Positions 17,644 to 26,793 of a stretch of DNA of 38,734 bases are shown here, piece after piece. The stretch comes from Candidatus Micrarchaeota archaeon (GTDB lineage: Archaea > Micrarchaeota > Micrarchaeia > Anstonellales > Anstonellaceae): contig JAOAJF010000001.1 in NCBI GenBank assembly GCA_026414325.1, positions 102,090 through 140,823 of the forward strand, read 5' to 3'. The stretch's first letter is position 1; the number at the start of each line of letters is the position of its first letter. The notes beneath the pieces were generated by a model, which saw nothing but the letters and a program-made list of their open reading frames with translations, had not been told where the DNA came from and did no database searches. Made by a program: the position numbers and the translations under genes.

Positions 17644-18606
17644 GTGAACAAAATGTTTGATACTCAAAAATTCATTGAACAAAAAGTTCAAGAAGCAAAA
17701 AATTTTATTCTAGATCAAAAGGCCTTAATAGCATTATCTGGTGGGGTTGACTCTTCTGTTTGTGCAGCTCTTGTTCATAGAGCAATAGGGCAAAATCTTC
17801 ATGCAGTTTTTGTTGATAGTGGCTTGATGCGAGAAAATGAAGCAAAGAAGGTTAAAGAAATATTTGAAAAATTAGGGATAAACATAATTGTTTTAGAAAA
17901 ACAAAAAGAATTTCTCAAAGCTTTAAAAGGAGTAGCTGATCCAGAAAAGAAAAGAAAGATAATTGGAAAACTATTTATAAAAATCTTTGAGGATTATGCT
18001 AAAAAAAACAATATACAAGTTTTAGTCCAAGGAACAATAGCTCCAGACTGGATTGAATCTGGTGGAGCAGGGCGCGACACTATAAAATCTCATCATAATG
18101 TTGGAGGATTACCAAAAAAATTAAACTTAAAATTATTTGAGCCTCTAAGGGATTGTTATAAACATGAAGTAAGAGCACTAGCTGCTGCTCTAGCTCTTCC
18201 TCCAGAAATTGTAAATCGCCAGCCATTTCCAGGCCCTGGTTTAGCAGTAAGAATAATTGGCCCAGTAGATGAAAAGAAATTAGAAATATTAAGAAAATGC
18301 ACAGCTATTTTAGAAGAAGAAATTGAAAATGCTGCAAAAGAAGGAAAAATAAAATTACCCTGGCAATATTTTGCAGTTTTGTTAGATACAAAAACAGTAG
18401 GTGTAAGAGGAGATGAAAGAGCTTATTGTAATGTTCTTGCTATAAGGGCAGTAGACTCTTTAGATGGAATGACTGCAAATTTTTCTAAACTTCCTTTGGA
18501 TTTATTACAATCAATTTCAAATAAAATAACTTCAAATATAGCTGAAGTGAATCGTGTAGTATATGATATTACAAATAAGCCTCCAGCAACTATAGAATAC
18601 GAATAA
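17644..18606 (+). CDS. guaAB: GMP synthase subunit B (ATP pyrophosphatase)
   Basis: LSGGVDSS, DPEKKRKIIG, QGTIAPD, IKSHHNVGG, PFPGPGLAVR and KPPATIEYE. The start may be ATG 17653. Confidence 0.96.
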   Translation: MNKMFDTQKFIEQKVQEAKNFILDQKALIALSGGVDSSVCAALVHRAIGQNLHAVFVDSGLMRENEAKKVKEIFEKLGINIIVLEKQKEFLKALKGVADPEKKRKIIGKLFIKIFEDYAKKNNIQVLVQGTIAPDWIESGGAGRDTIKSHHNVGGLPKKLNLKLFEPLRDCYKHEVRALAAALALPPEIVNRQPFPGPGLAVRIIGPVDEKKLEILRKCTAILEEEIENAAKEGKIKLPWQYFAVLLDTKTVGVRGDERAYCNVLAIRAVDSLDGMTANFSKLPLDLLQSISNKITSNIAEVNRVVYDITNKPPATIEYE

Positions 18607-18615
18607 ATCACTTTA

Positions 18616-19371
18616 TTATTTAGGATTTATTAGTTCTATCTTTTTTTCAATTAGGTTTAAAATGTCTTCCTCTTTTTTATAAACAAGTTCTAACAATTGA
18701 GCAAATTCCTGATCAAGCCTTTCCAGCTCTTTAAATAGAAGGACTTTTTTATTTTCTAAACAATATAACAAATACAAAGCAGCTAATGGTTCTAATAAAA
18801 CACAATATTCTAAATAAAGGTCTGAGCCCTTCTCTTTTTGTTTTAGTTTTAGCCATCCTCTAAATTTTTCATCGATTTCTACTATTGGATTTTCTATAAC
18901 CTTAACTTTATTTTTTATCTTCTCGTAATTTTTTTCTAAAAATTCATAAATTAATTTGTCAAGAGTATTTTTAGAAAGTTTTGTCAGACTGTTTTTTAAT
19001 TTTTGTTTTTCTACACTCAGGCGAAGTTTTTCAATCGTTTTATTTTTATATTCTATATCCTTCCATTTTTCTTTTATTTTTAGACTCAAAGAGAGCCTTC
19101 TTTTTTCATTTTGCATTCTTTCTTTTGCTTTTTGAGAAAGCAGCTGTTTACTTCTTTCTTTTGCCAAATTTTCTAATCTGTAGCTCAACTCAACTGCTTC
19201 GGCTCTATTAAACCATCCAGTCTGCAAAAGCAAAAAACAAATAACAGATTTTTCTGAACCATACCAACGATTTTCTAATCCCTTCACTCTTTTTGGCAGA
19301 TGTTTTGCAACCCAAAACCAATGCTCTTTGTTATTCTTCGCTTCTTTTAAAAGTCTTGCATTAAAAACCAA
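18616..19371 (-). CDS. Hypothetical basic protein, possibly the 3' part of a frameshifted gene
   Basis: 251-aa ORF. The frame stays open 24 codons upstream of the TTG, to 19443, and overlaps a 53-aa ORF (19585-19424) in another frame. Confidence 0.55.
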   Translation of the reverse strand: MVFNARLLKEAKNNKEHWFWVAKHLPKRVKGLENRWYGSEKSVICFLLLQTGWFNRAEAVELSYRLENLAKERSKQLLSQKAKERMQNEKRRLSLSLKIKEKWKDIEYKNKTIEKLRLSVEKQKLKNSLTKLSKNTLDKLIYEFLEKNYEKIKNKVKVIENPIVEIDEKFRGWLKLKQKEKGSDLYLEYCVLLEPLAALYLLYCLENKKVLLFKELERLDQEFAQLLELVYKKEEDILNLIEKKIELINPK

Positions 19372-19597
19372 GTGAGGATTTTTTAAAAGATTCTCTTTTG
19401 AAACAACGTATTTTTTAAATTCTTCAACTATTCTGTGAGATTGTCAGGCGTGGCGGTCTCCCCCCTATCTTTTTTTCTATTTTCTCTGTTAGAGGAAAAA
19501 TTTTAGAAAAGCTGTTAGTCTTTTCTTTTGTTTCCAGTATTAAAATTTCAAATATCTTTTGGCTAGGGTTTAAAAAATGGCTCATATTTATATATTT

Positions 19598-20182
19598 ATG
19601 AAAATCCTTATTATAAACTTAGGTTCGCAATATACTCATGCTATTTGGCGAACTTTTAGAGATTTAGGAGTAGAGGCAGTTGTGCATCCACCAACTTTTC
19701 AGCTAAAGGATGCACTTTTTTTCAATACTTTTGTTTTTTCTGGAGGTCCTTCTTCAGTTCAGACAATGAAAAAAAATTTAGCAACAGTTCTTTTAGAACT
19801 TACAAAAGAGCAAAAACTCAATAGACCAATCCTAGGTATTTGTCTGGGCCATCAGCTAATTGCTCATGTATTTGGAGGAGAAGTAAAAAAAGGCCAAACA
19901 GCAGAGTATGGATTAGTAGAAATAGAAGTATTAAAATCTCATCCTGTTTTTGAAGAAGTTCCAAAGAAATTTACTGCTTGGGCATCGCATTTTGATCAGG
20001 TTTACTCTCTTCCTCAGGAGTTTTCAGTTTTAGCTAAATCTCAAAATTGCCAAATAGAAGCTTTTGCACATAACTTAAAACCAATTGTTGGTGTGCAATT
20101 TCATCCAGAAGTTTTGCATACACAATATGGTAGTAAGATATTGTCTAATTTTGCAAATTATGCTTCCAAATTTATAGATTGA
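19598..20182 (+). CDS. guaAA: GMP synthase subunit A (glutamine amidotransferase)
   Basis: GSQY, SGGP, PILGICLGHQ, SHFD and GVQFHPEV. ATG 19598 has TTTAAAAA at -29..-22, fitting a leaderless transcript. Confidence 0.95.
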   Translation: MKILIINLGSQYTHAIWRTFRDLGVEAVVHPPTFQLKDALFFNTFVFSGGPSSVQTMKKNLATVLLELTKEQKLNRPILGICLGHQLIAHVFGGEVKKGQTAEYGLVEIEVLKSHPVFEEVPKKFTAWASHFDQVYSLPQEFSVLAKSQNCQIEAFAHNLKPIVGVQFHPEVLHTQYGSKILSNFANYASKFID

Positions 20183-20183
20183 A

Positions 20184-21059
20184 CTATTCTAATCCTATTT
20201 TTAAAAAGAGCTCTTGCAAATACTTTTTTACATCATCAATAATTTTTCTAACATTCAAACTTTCAAAATAATTTTTATCAACTTGATTTTTCAATTTATT
20301 TGAAAGAGCCTCAGTAGAATTTTCTATAAGTAAAAAGACCCCATCTTTATACCTTTTCCAATTTATTAATTTTGGACAGCCGTTAACATTATTTTCTACT
20401 CTTTTTTCTATCATCTCTCTATCTGTATCTAATCCAAAAAATTGAGTCAAATAATAAATATCAAAAATATCGGTAATTTTTATACTATTTCTTTTTGCAA
20501 TTCTGCTAAAAAGACAAACAATCTTTTCAGTAAGAATTTCTTTTGGCTGTTGTACTAACAATTTTCCAAAAAAGTTTATGTTTATCTTCACAGGCTTAAG
20601 TAATAATTTTTCATATTTTCCCTCTACTCTAATAGTTGGCTGATATCCCTCATGAAAATAAATTTTATAGTTTATTTTTATCTCTAAGTCATTAGTCTCT
20701 TTCAATATTGGCTTTAGCTCAAGTTTTTCTACCTTTGGTTTTAAATTTAAAAAATATTTTTTTAGCCCATCCACCTCTTTTTTAATTTCTTCTTCACTTT
20801 TTTTAGTCGGTAGAATAACAAAGTCTATATCTGGTGTTATTCTTTGTGAATTGTAAGCTAAAAATAAAGCAGAACCCCCTTTTATAACAATATTTTCATT
20901 TATCTCTGAGTGTAGAGAAATTCGATCTATAATGCTTTTATACATTCTTTCCTGAATTGCTTTCTTATACGAACTAAAAGGTAGTTTTTTTGCATCTATA
21001 TTCTTTAAATTTAATTTATCTAAAACCCTTTGCGCATTTTTCCATTTAATATCACTCAT
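20184..21059 (-). CDS. AbiEii-like nucleotidyltransferase (type IV toxin-antitoxin toxin family)
   Basis: IKGGSAL...RITPDIDF, EILTEKI and TDIFDIYYL. Start placed at ATG 21059 (MSDIK) rather than the ORF-track start at 21131. Confidence 0.82.
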   Translation of the reverse strand: MSDIKWKNAQRVLDKLNLKNIDAKKLPFSSYKKAIQERMYKSIIDRISLHSEINENIVIKGGSALFLAYNSQRITPDIDFVILPTKKSEEEIKKEVDGLKKYFLNLKPKVEKLELKPILKETNDLEIKINYKIYFHEGYQPTIRVEGKYEKLLLKPVKININFFGKLLVQQPKEILTEKIVCLFSRIAKRNSIKITDIFDIYYLTQFFGLDTDREMIEKRVENNVNGCPKLINWKRYKDGVFLLIENSTEALSNKLKNQVDKNYFESLNVRKIIDDVKKYLQELFLKIGLE

Positions 21060-21193
21060 AACAATATTAAGATTTTTAATAAATATAAACCTTATCCTTT
21101 CCAAAAAACAAAACAAAAAACAAAAAGTCACACTATAAGTAAGGTTTAAAAACCCTATTTTTTAAATTAATTTAATAAATAGGTGTGGGGCAA

Positions 21194-22471
21194 ATGTCTG
21201 AGAGGTTTAAGCCAAATACTAAAAATATTGCTGTTTGGGCCCCTCCATCTTCTCGCTCTTTTAAACTTTCAAAATCTTTTTTTAGAAAGAATGGAAAACA
21301 TTTAGATAAAAACTCTGCAATAGAATTGTTTAAAGAAGATGTTTTATTAGCAGAAAAAATGTTGGACAATTCAGCTACTGTAGCAGTATTTGGTTCTGCA
21401 AGAGTTTCTAATACTTTTCATAAAAATTTAGCAGATGCTTCTTATTCTTTAGGTTATATGCTAGGAAAAAGAGGATTTGTTATTAGTACTGGTGGTGGGC
21501 CAGGAATAATGGAGTTTGTCTCAAGAGGAGCAACAGATGCAAAATCTTTAGCAATAGGCTTTCAGCCAAAATTTTTAGAAAAGTCCGAACCACCCATTTT
21601 ATTTGATGGAAAAATTCATTATTTTGTTTATAGTTTACATTCAAGAAAAATTCTTATGGCAAATAATGCTTTGGCATTTGTCTTTTTTCCAGGAGGAGCA
21701 GGTACAGTAGATGAGTTTTTTCATTATTTAAATTTTGCAAAAAATGGCTGGATAAAAAATATAAAATTTATTTTATTTGATTCCAAGTTCTGGTCAGGTT
21801 TAGTAAAGTGGGTAGAAAAATTACTAAATAATGGTTTTATAACCAAACAAGTATTTGAAAATATTGTTCTTGTAGATGATATAAAGCAAGTAAATGAAAT
21901 AATTCTATCCACAAAGAAGCCAACAGTCCAATATTGTCCAAATCCAATAAAACTTTCTATCAACTTTGAACAAGACATAAAAGAACTTTACAATTATATA
22001 GAAAAGTTAAGCCATCCCTCAGCATCCTTTTTTGGTAATGTAAATACCAAAAAAATGTCTACAATGTTTTCTTATCTAGTTAACAAACTTCAAGAAATGA
22101 ATTTTACTATATATTACTCTTCTCAAAATGGTTTAGCAAGTTTTTTCCAAAAAAACCAAGCTAATTCAAAAAACATAAACTTTGAAATTTCTCTAAATCT
22201 TTTGGAGACCAAAAAACTTGTTTTAGGTGCAACTGATGTTTTGTTTTTTTTAAATTCTGATCTAGAGTGTATTGATGCACTCACCGAATATATTGTACGA
22301 ATTCAGATGGGGGATATGGAAAAAGTTTTCATAAATCTTTTAGAACCTACTTTCTGGAAGGATTACTTTAAATGGTTTTATAATTATCCAGTTTCCTATG
22401 GTTTTGCAGAAGAAGAGCTTTTAGGTCTTTGCAAATTTGTTTATTCTAAAAAAGATTTAATAGTTCCATAA
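21194..22471 (+). CDS. LOG/SLOG-family nucleotide phosphoribohydrolase with a second, degenerate LOG domain
   Basis: AVFGSAR, TGGGPGIME, RK and FPGGAGTVDE. The C-terminal half repeats the pattern in decayed form. ATG 21194 follows GGTG. Confidence 0.85.
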   Translation: MSERFKPNTKNIAVWAPPSSRSFKLSKSFFRKNGKHLDKNSAIELFKEDVLLAEKMLDNSATVAVFGSARVSNTFHKNLADASYSLGYMLGKRGFVISTGGGPGIMEFVSRGATDAKSLAIGFQPKFLEKSEPPILFDGKIHYFVYSLHSRKILMANNALAFVFFPGGAGTVDEFFHYLNFAKNGWIKNIKFILFDSKFWSGLVKWVEKLLNNGFITKQVFENIVLVDDIKQVNEIILSTKKPTVQYCPNPIKLSINFEQDIKELYNYIEKLSHPSASFFGNVNTKKMSTMFSYLVNKLQEMNFTIYYSSQNGLASFFQKNQANSKNINFEISLNLLETKKLVLGATDVLFFLNSDLECIDALTEYIVRIQMGDMEKVFINLLEPTFWKDYFKWFYNYPVSYGFAEEELLGLCKFVYSKKDLIVP

Positions 22472-22480
22472 GGTTTTATT

Positions 22481-22846
22481 ATGGAGAGCAAAAATCTTAT
22501 TTTGATTTTTGGAGTTATATTGCTAGTCTCTTTAGCTTTATTTTTCTTTCAAAACAAATCTTTTTCTCTTCCAAACTCAGATAATAAATTAATTCTATAT
22601 TGGGGTGTGGGCTGTCCTCATTGTCAGAAAGTAAAAGATTATATCAATCAAACTTCTTTAGACTCAAAAGTTATGATTGTTGAAAAAGAAGTTTATTCTA
22701 ATTCTTCTAATGCTCAAGAACTAGTTTTAGTAGCTAAAAGCTGTGGTTTAAAAGAACAAGAAATAGGTATACCTCTAATATTTTTTAATAACAAGTGCTA
22801 TATTGGGGAAGTTGAGGCAATCGATTTATTAAAAACTTTTAATTAA
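22481..22846 (+). CDS. Membrane-anchored glutaredoxin/thioredoxin-fold protein
   Basis: N-terminal TM segment, GCPHC active site and cis-Pro motif GIP. Confidence 0.8.
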   Translation: MESKNLILIFGVILLVSLALFFFQNKSFSLPNSDNKLILYWGVGCPHCQKVKDYINQTSLDSKVMIVEKEVYSNSSNAQELVLVAKSCGLKEQEIGIPLIFFNNKCYIGEVEAIDLLKTFN

Positions 22847-22867
22847 TCTGTTTATTTTTTTCTAGTT

Positions 22868-23704
22868 CTACTCGACTTTTAATATCGATTGTAACTTTTT
22901 TATTTCTTGCAAAGCACTCTCTAAATAATCTTGATTAGTTTTCAGATAAGCATATGATATAGAACTAGATGCATTTATTAGAGCCATTTTTTGCATATTG
23001 TATTTTTTTAGTAATTCGATTACCTTAGATGGATCGCCCCCTTGGGTTCCTATCCCAGGAATAAGCAATAGCACTGGTCTTTTACTTATAGAATTTAAAA
23101 TATTTTCTAAATCTGACAAACTTGTTGCACCTGCAACCAACCCAAAACATTGAGGATAGCTTTCAGCCCAGCTCTGAACTTTTTGAATAATGTATTGATA
23201 AAGAGTTTGGCCATCTTGCATTTTTTTTGTTAGAAAGTCTTCTGCTCCAGGATTTGTTGTTCTACAAAGCAAATAAAGCCCTTTTGAATTCTGAATAGAA
23301 TAAGTTGCAAAAGGCTCTATACTATCCCATCCCATAAATGGCCAAAGAGTTGTAGCATCTGCTCCAAAAAACTCAAAAATTTCTTGAACATATGCTTTGG
23401 AAGTATTTGCAATATCTGCTCTTTTTGCATCAAGTACAATAAGATGAGTTTCTTTATATCTATCAATTAATTCTCTTAGAGCCATAAGTCCATGAAAACC
23501 ATATTGGGCAAAAAAAGCATAGTTTGGTTTTAGAGCCCAAAGCTTTGGGCTAGCATCAATTATTGAGCTATAAAAATTAACTATTTTTTGCTTTGTTGAT
23601 CCGTCTAAATTGGGGGGAAATTTTTCAAGATCTGGATCTAGACCAAAACAAAGGAGGTTTTTATAAGAATTTACAAATTTTTCAAATTTTTGGTAATAGT
23701 TCAA
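22868..23704 (-). CDS. pyrF: Orotidine-5'-phosphate decarboxylase (subfamily 2)
   Basis: LCFGLDP, KPN.AFF, LDAKRADI.NT, RTTNPG and LIPGIGTQGG. The likely start is TTG 23704, 5 nt after SD GGTG. Confidence 0.94.
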   Translation of the reverse strand: MNYYQKFEKFVNSYKNLLCFGLDPDLEKFPPNLDGSTKQKIVNFYSSIIDASPKLWALKPNYAFFAQYGFHGLMALRELIDRYKETHLIVLDAKRADIANTSKAYVQEIFEFFGADATTLWPFMGWDSIEPFATYSIQNSKGLYLLCRTTNPGAEDFLTKKMQDGQTLYQYIIQKVQSWAESYPQCFGLVAGATSLSDLENILNSISKRPVLLLIPGIGTQGGDPSKVIELLKKYNMQKMALINASSSISYAYLKTNQDYLESALQEIKKLQSILKVE

Positions 23705-23712
23705 TTTTTCAC

Positions 23713-24456
23713 CTACTTGCTGTTTAGTAATTTTTCTTTTTCCATTTTTGCCCAAATTTTTGTTTTTTCTTCTCCCCACTCCATTATATAATCTAAAATA
23801 TACTCTCTTTGTTGAGTACTTATTTTTCCAATTAATGTAGAATAGATATCCCCAATATTTATTATACTATAAACTTTACAGCCTAAAACACGTTCGATTT
23901 CTTCTTTTGCAGAATTACCCTCAACTCCAATCTCTTCTCGATCTACTCCAACCAAAACCCCAACCATTTCCACTTTTTTTACATTTATTAATTTTTGATA
24001 TGCTTCAATTTTTGCTTTTCCAGAGGTGATCACATCGTCTATCATCAATACAGAGCCATTTTCTTCTATTTGGTCTTGGCCAACTATTAAAGAATCTGCC
24101 TTTTGATCTCCATATCCTTTTTGCTCCTTTCTATCGTAGATAAACTTAAGTTGTATTTTGTATTTTTCATATAGCTTTGCACATACTAAAGAGCCAATAA
24201 CAATTCCTTTATATGCTGGACCATAAATATAATCTAAATTTGCTATCTCTTTTTCTTCTATAAGTCTGTAGATTTTAGTAGCATAAGCATCAGCCAAATA
24301 GGAAAGAGAGTGACCATCTATTAAGCTTCCAAGATTTATAAAAAATGGGCATTTTCTTCCTGATTTTAATAAAAAAAATTCATCTTTATTTGATGCAATT
24401 TTTATACATTTTTTACTATATAAAAATTTAACAAAATCTTTTTCTAAATTTTTCAT
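23713..24456 (-). CDS. pyrE: Orotate phosphoribosyltransferase
   Basis: FLLKSGR..P.F, GPAYKGI, DRKE.K.YG and PRPP motif IDDVITSG. Confidence 0.94.
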   Translation of the reverse strand: MKNLEKDFVKFLYSKKCIKIASNKDEFFLLKSGRKCPFFINLGSLIDGHSLSYLADAYATKIYRLIEEKEIANLDYIYGPAYKGIVIGSLVCAKLYEKYKIQLKFIYDRKEQKGYGDQKADSLIVGQDQIEENGSVLMIDDVITSGKAKIEAYQKLINVKKVEMVGVLVGVDREEIGVEGNSAKEEIERVLGCKVYSIINIGDIYSTLIGKISTQQREYILDYIMEWGEEKTKIWAKMEKEKLLNSK

Positions 24457-24536
24457 ATACTAATTTAAAAAGATAAAATAAAAAAACCTATTTTTGTAAT
24501 ATTTTTATTCAATTCTAGTCTTAAGAGGGTGTAAAA

Positions 24537-25928
24537 ATAAACAAGAAAAAAATTTTCTCTTTAACAAAAAATGATGGAATAGCCTGGTCTATAATGGTTG
24601 GTGCTGGAGAAAACTATGTTACTCCTTTTGCAATTGCTCTTAATGCCCCAACTTATTTTATAGGGCTTCTCTCAACACTTCCACTTCTAATAGGTTCGAT
24701 ATTTGAAATTTTTTCTCTTAATATCTTTAGACTAATTTTAGACAGAAAAAAAATTATTCTAATTGGTATCTTATTTCAAAGTATTGTTTGGTTCTTTTTT
24801 TCAATTTTTGCACTAAATCCAAGCTCTTTTTCTCTTAATACCTTGCTCTTTTTATTTACAGCTTATTTTATTTTCGGAATGGTTCCTTCTCCACTATGGA
24901 ATTCTTGGATAAGTGATTTGGTTAAAAAATCAGATTTAGCAGAATTCTTTTCTAAAAGAAATCGTTATTTATTATTTTCTCAATTTTTTACTATTATAAC
25001 TGCAGGCTATTTATTAAACACAATTTTTAAAGACAATCCATTTCTTGGGTTTTTTATTTTATTTTTAGTTGCTTTTATCTCAAGATTATTCTGCTTGTAT
25101 TTTGTTAATCAATTGCCAGATATAAGGAGAGGAGAAAAAGAGATTTTAAAACCATTTAGTATCCGCTCTTTTTTGTTAGATAAACACTTTAGCTCTTATA
25201 AAAACTTTTCAATTTTCAATTTTTTAATAATATTAGGAACTAACATCGCCTCCCCATTTTTTCATGTATTTATGCTAAAGATTTTAAATTTTGATTATTT
25301 CACCTGGAGCTTAACTGTTTTTGCAACTGGAATTTCAAAAATTTTTGCTTATCCTTATTGGGAGATGGCCCTTAAAGTTTTTGGCCAAAAAGTAATTTTA
25401 CTTTCAAGTGCAATTGCGATATCTCTAGTGCCACTTTTTTGGATATTCTCTTCTGACCCACTCTATATATTTTTAATAAATTTATTTACTGGGTTTTGTT
25501 GGGCAGGTTATGATTTAGTAGCTTCTTTATTGCTTTTAAGCCCAAATTCATTAAGAGTAAAAATAACTTACACCTCTTTTTTTGAACTCTTAAAGGGAAT
25601 TGGCTCTGTTGGAGGTGCTATTTTAGGAGCAATTCTTTTAGGATTTTTTTCTGAAACTTTAAAATTAGATATCTACTTATCTTTTTATCTAATCTTTTTT
25701 ATTAGTTTTCTAACAAGGTTTCTTCCAGTAACACTATTTTACAAAAAGCTTGAGCGCTATCCATTTACTTCTTATTCTCATTTTCTTAAACAAATCTTTT
25801 TTTCCTATTTTATCAAATGGTTTTATAAAAATAAAGAAACTGTTTTCTACCCATTTTTATTGGCAAGAAAAAAAGTAAAACAATCTCCAACTTACAAAGC
25901 TTTCAAATCTCTTTTAAAGGAAGTTTAA
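24537..25928 (+). CDS. Major facilitator superfamily transporter
   Basis: About 12 TM segments, W.SWISDLV and IASPFF.VFML..L motifs. The first ATG is 24594, but the frame and SD spacing point to ATA 24537. Confidence 0.85.
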   Translation: MNKKKIFSLTKNDGIAWSIMVGAGENYVTPFAIALNAPTYFIGLLSTLPLLIGSIFEIFSLNIFRLILDRKKIILIGILFQSIVWFFFSIFALNPSSFSLNTLLFLFTAYFIFGMVPSPLWNSWISDLVKKSDLAEFFSKRNRYLLFSQFFTIITAGYLLNTIFKDNPFLGFFILFLVAFISRLFCLYFVNQLPDIRRGEKEILKPFSIRSFLLDKHFSSYKNFSIFNFLIILGTNIASPFFHVFMLKILNFDYFTWSLTVFATGISKIFAYPYWEMALKVFGQKVILLSSAIAISLVPLFWIFSSDPLYIFLINLFTGFCWAGYDLVASLLLLSPNSLRVKITYTSFFELLKGIGSVGGAILGAILLGFFSETLKLDIYLSFYLIFFISFLTRFLPVTLFYKKLERYPFTSYSHFLKQIFFSYFIKWFYKNKETVFYPFLLARKKVKQSPTYKAFKSLLKEV

Positions 25929-26708
25929 ATTATACTCTTTTAAAACATCTAAGAAAATTTTTATACTAAAAAAAACTATTATTAGGCTAAGAAGTTTTCT
26001 AAAAGTTGACTGGCCTATTTTTTTGTCTACAAGCTTTTCAGAACCAATTTTTGAGCCTATTGCAGCTGCAGCTACTAAAAAAAGTATTAAATTCTGCTTC
26101 TGAACTATTAGCTCAAAATTAAAATTTAAACTAAAAGCAACTAAAGAAGAGAAAAAAACACAAATATGCGACAAAAAAGAAGCTTTATTTATTTCAATAT
26201 TTTTGTGCAAAAAGAAAGGAACTAAAAATATCCCACCGCCTATCCCAAATAAAGATGCTATTAAGCCCATTAAACTACCTATTAAAAATTTTTCTATTTT
26301 TGAAATCTTTGGATAACTTCTAGCCTTTTTTTCCCTATTTTTATTTTGGTCAGAATATGTTTTGTAAGCAACTATTAATAAAAAAGTACTAAATAAGGCT
26401 TTTAGAGTAGTTGTGTCTAAAATAAAAAATAGCTTTGAACCAATATAACTTCCAAAAATTATTCCTAAAAATATCCAAGAAACATATTTATAGTCAGTGG
26501 TCGAAAATTTTTCTACTTTATAATGTGTGATTATAGAGGTTAGAGAACTAACTAAATTTAAGATAAGCCCAACAATTATAGCTTCTTTAATTAAAAATCC
26601 AAAAGAATAAAAAAGAGGAATGTAAACTGACGCTCCACCAATTCCTACAATCGCAAAAAAAATTGATAAAATAGCCACTGTTAATACAATTATAATCTCA
26701 AGCATCAT
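25914..26708 (-). CDS. Sulfite exporter TauE/SafE family protein
   Basis: Duplicated GIGG(G)..VP motif (VGIGGASVYIP and FGIGGGIFLVP); about 8 TM segments. Confidence 0.87.
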   Translation of the reverse strand: MMLEIIIVLTVAILSIFFAIVGIGGASVYIPLFYSFGFLIKEAIIVGLILNLVSSLTSIITHYKVEKFSTTDYKYVSWIFLGIIFGSYIGSKLFFILDTTTLKALFSTFLLIVAYKTYSDQNKNREKKARSYPKISKIEKFLIGSLMGLIASLFGIGGGIFLVPFFLHKNIEINKASFLSHICVFFSSLVAFSLNFNFELIVQKQNLILFLVAAAAIGSKIGSEKLVDKKIGQSTFRKLLSLIIVFFSIKIFLDVLKEYNLNFL

Positions 26709-26793
26709 TATTTCACCAAAAATATTAAAAGTATTAAAACTTTATTCTTTTTATCTATTATCACTTTAGCAGTTAACAATTGAAAGTGATTTT

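Noticed and set aside
19430-19470. BHB mRNA intron or selenocysteine readthrough explaining the frame break
   Set aside because: No bulge-helix-bulge geometry could be built, and the TGA frame has TAG stops just upstream.
23704-23779. pyrE/pyrF overlap as a frameshifted UMP synthase fusion
   Set aside because: pyrF has its own SD plus TTG at 23704, downstream of the pyrE stop; the overlap comes from longest-ORF calling.
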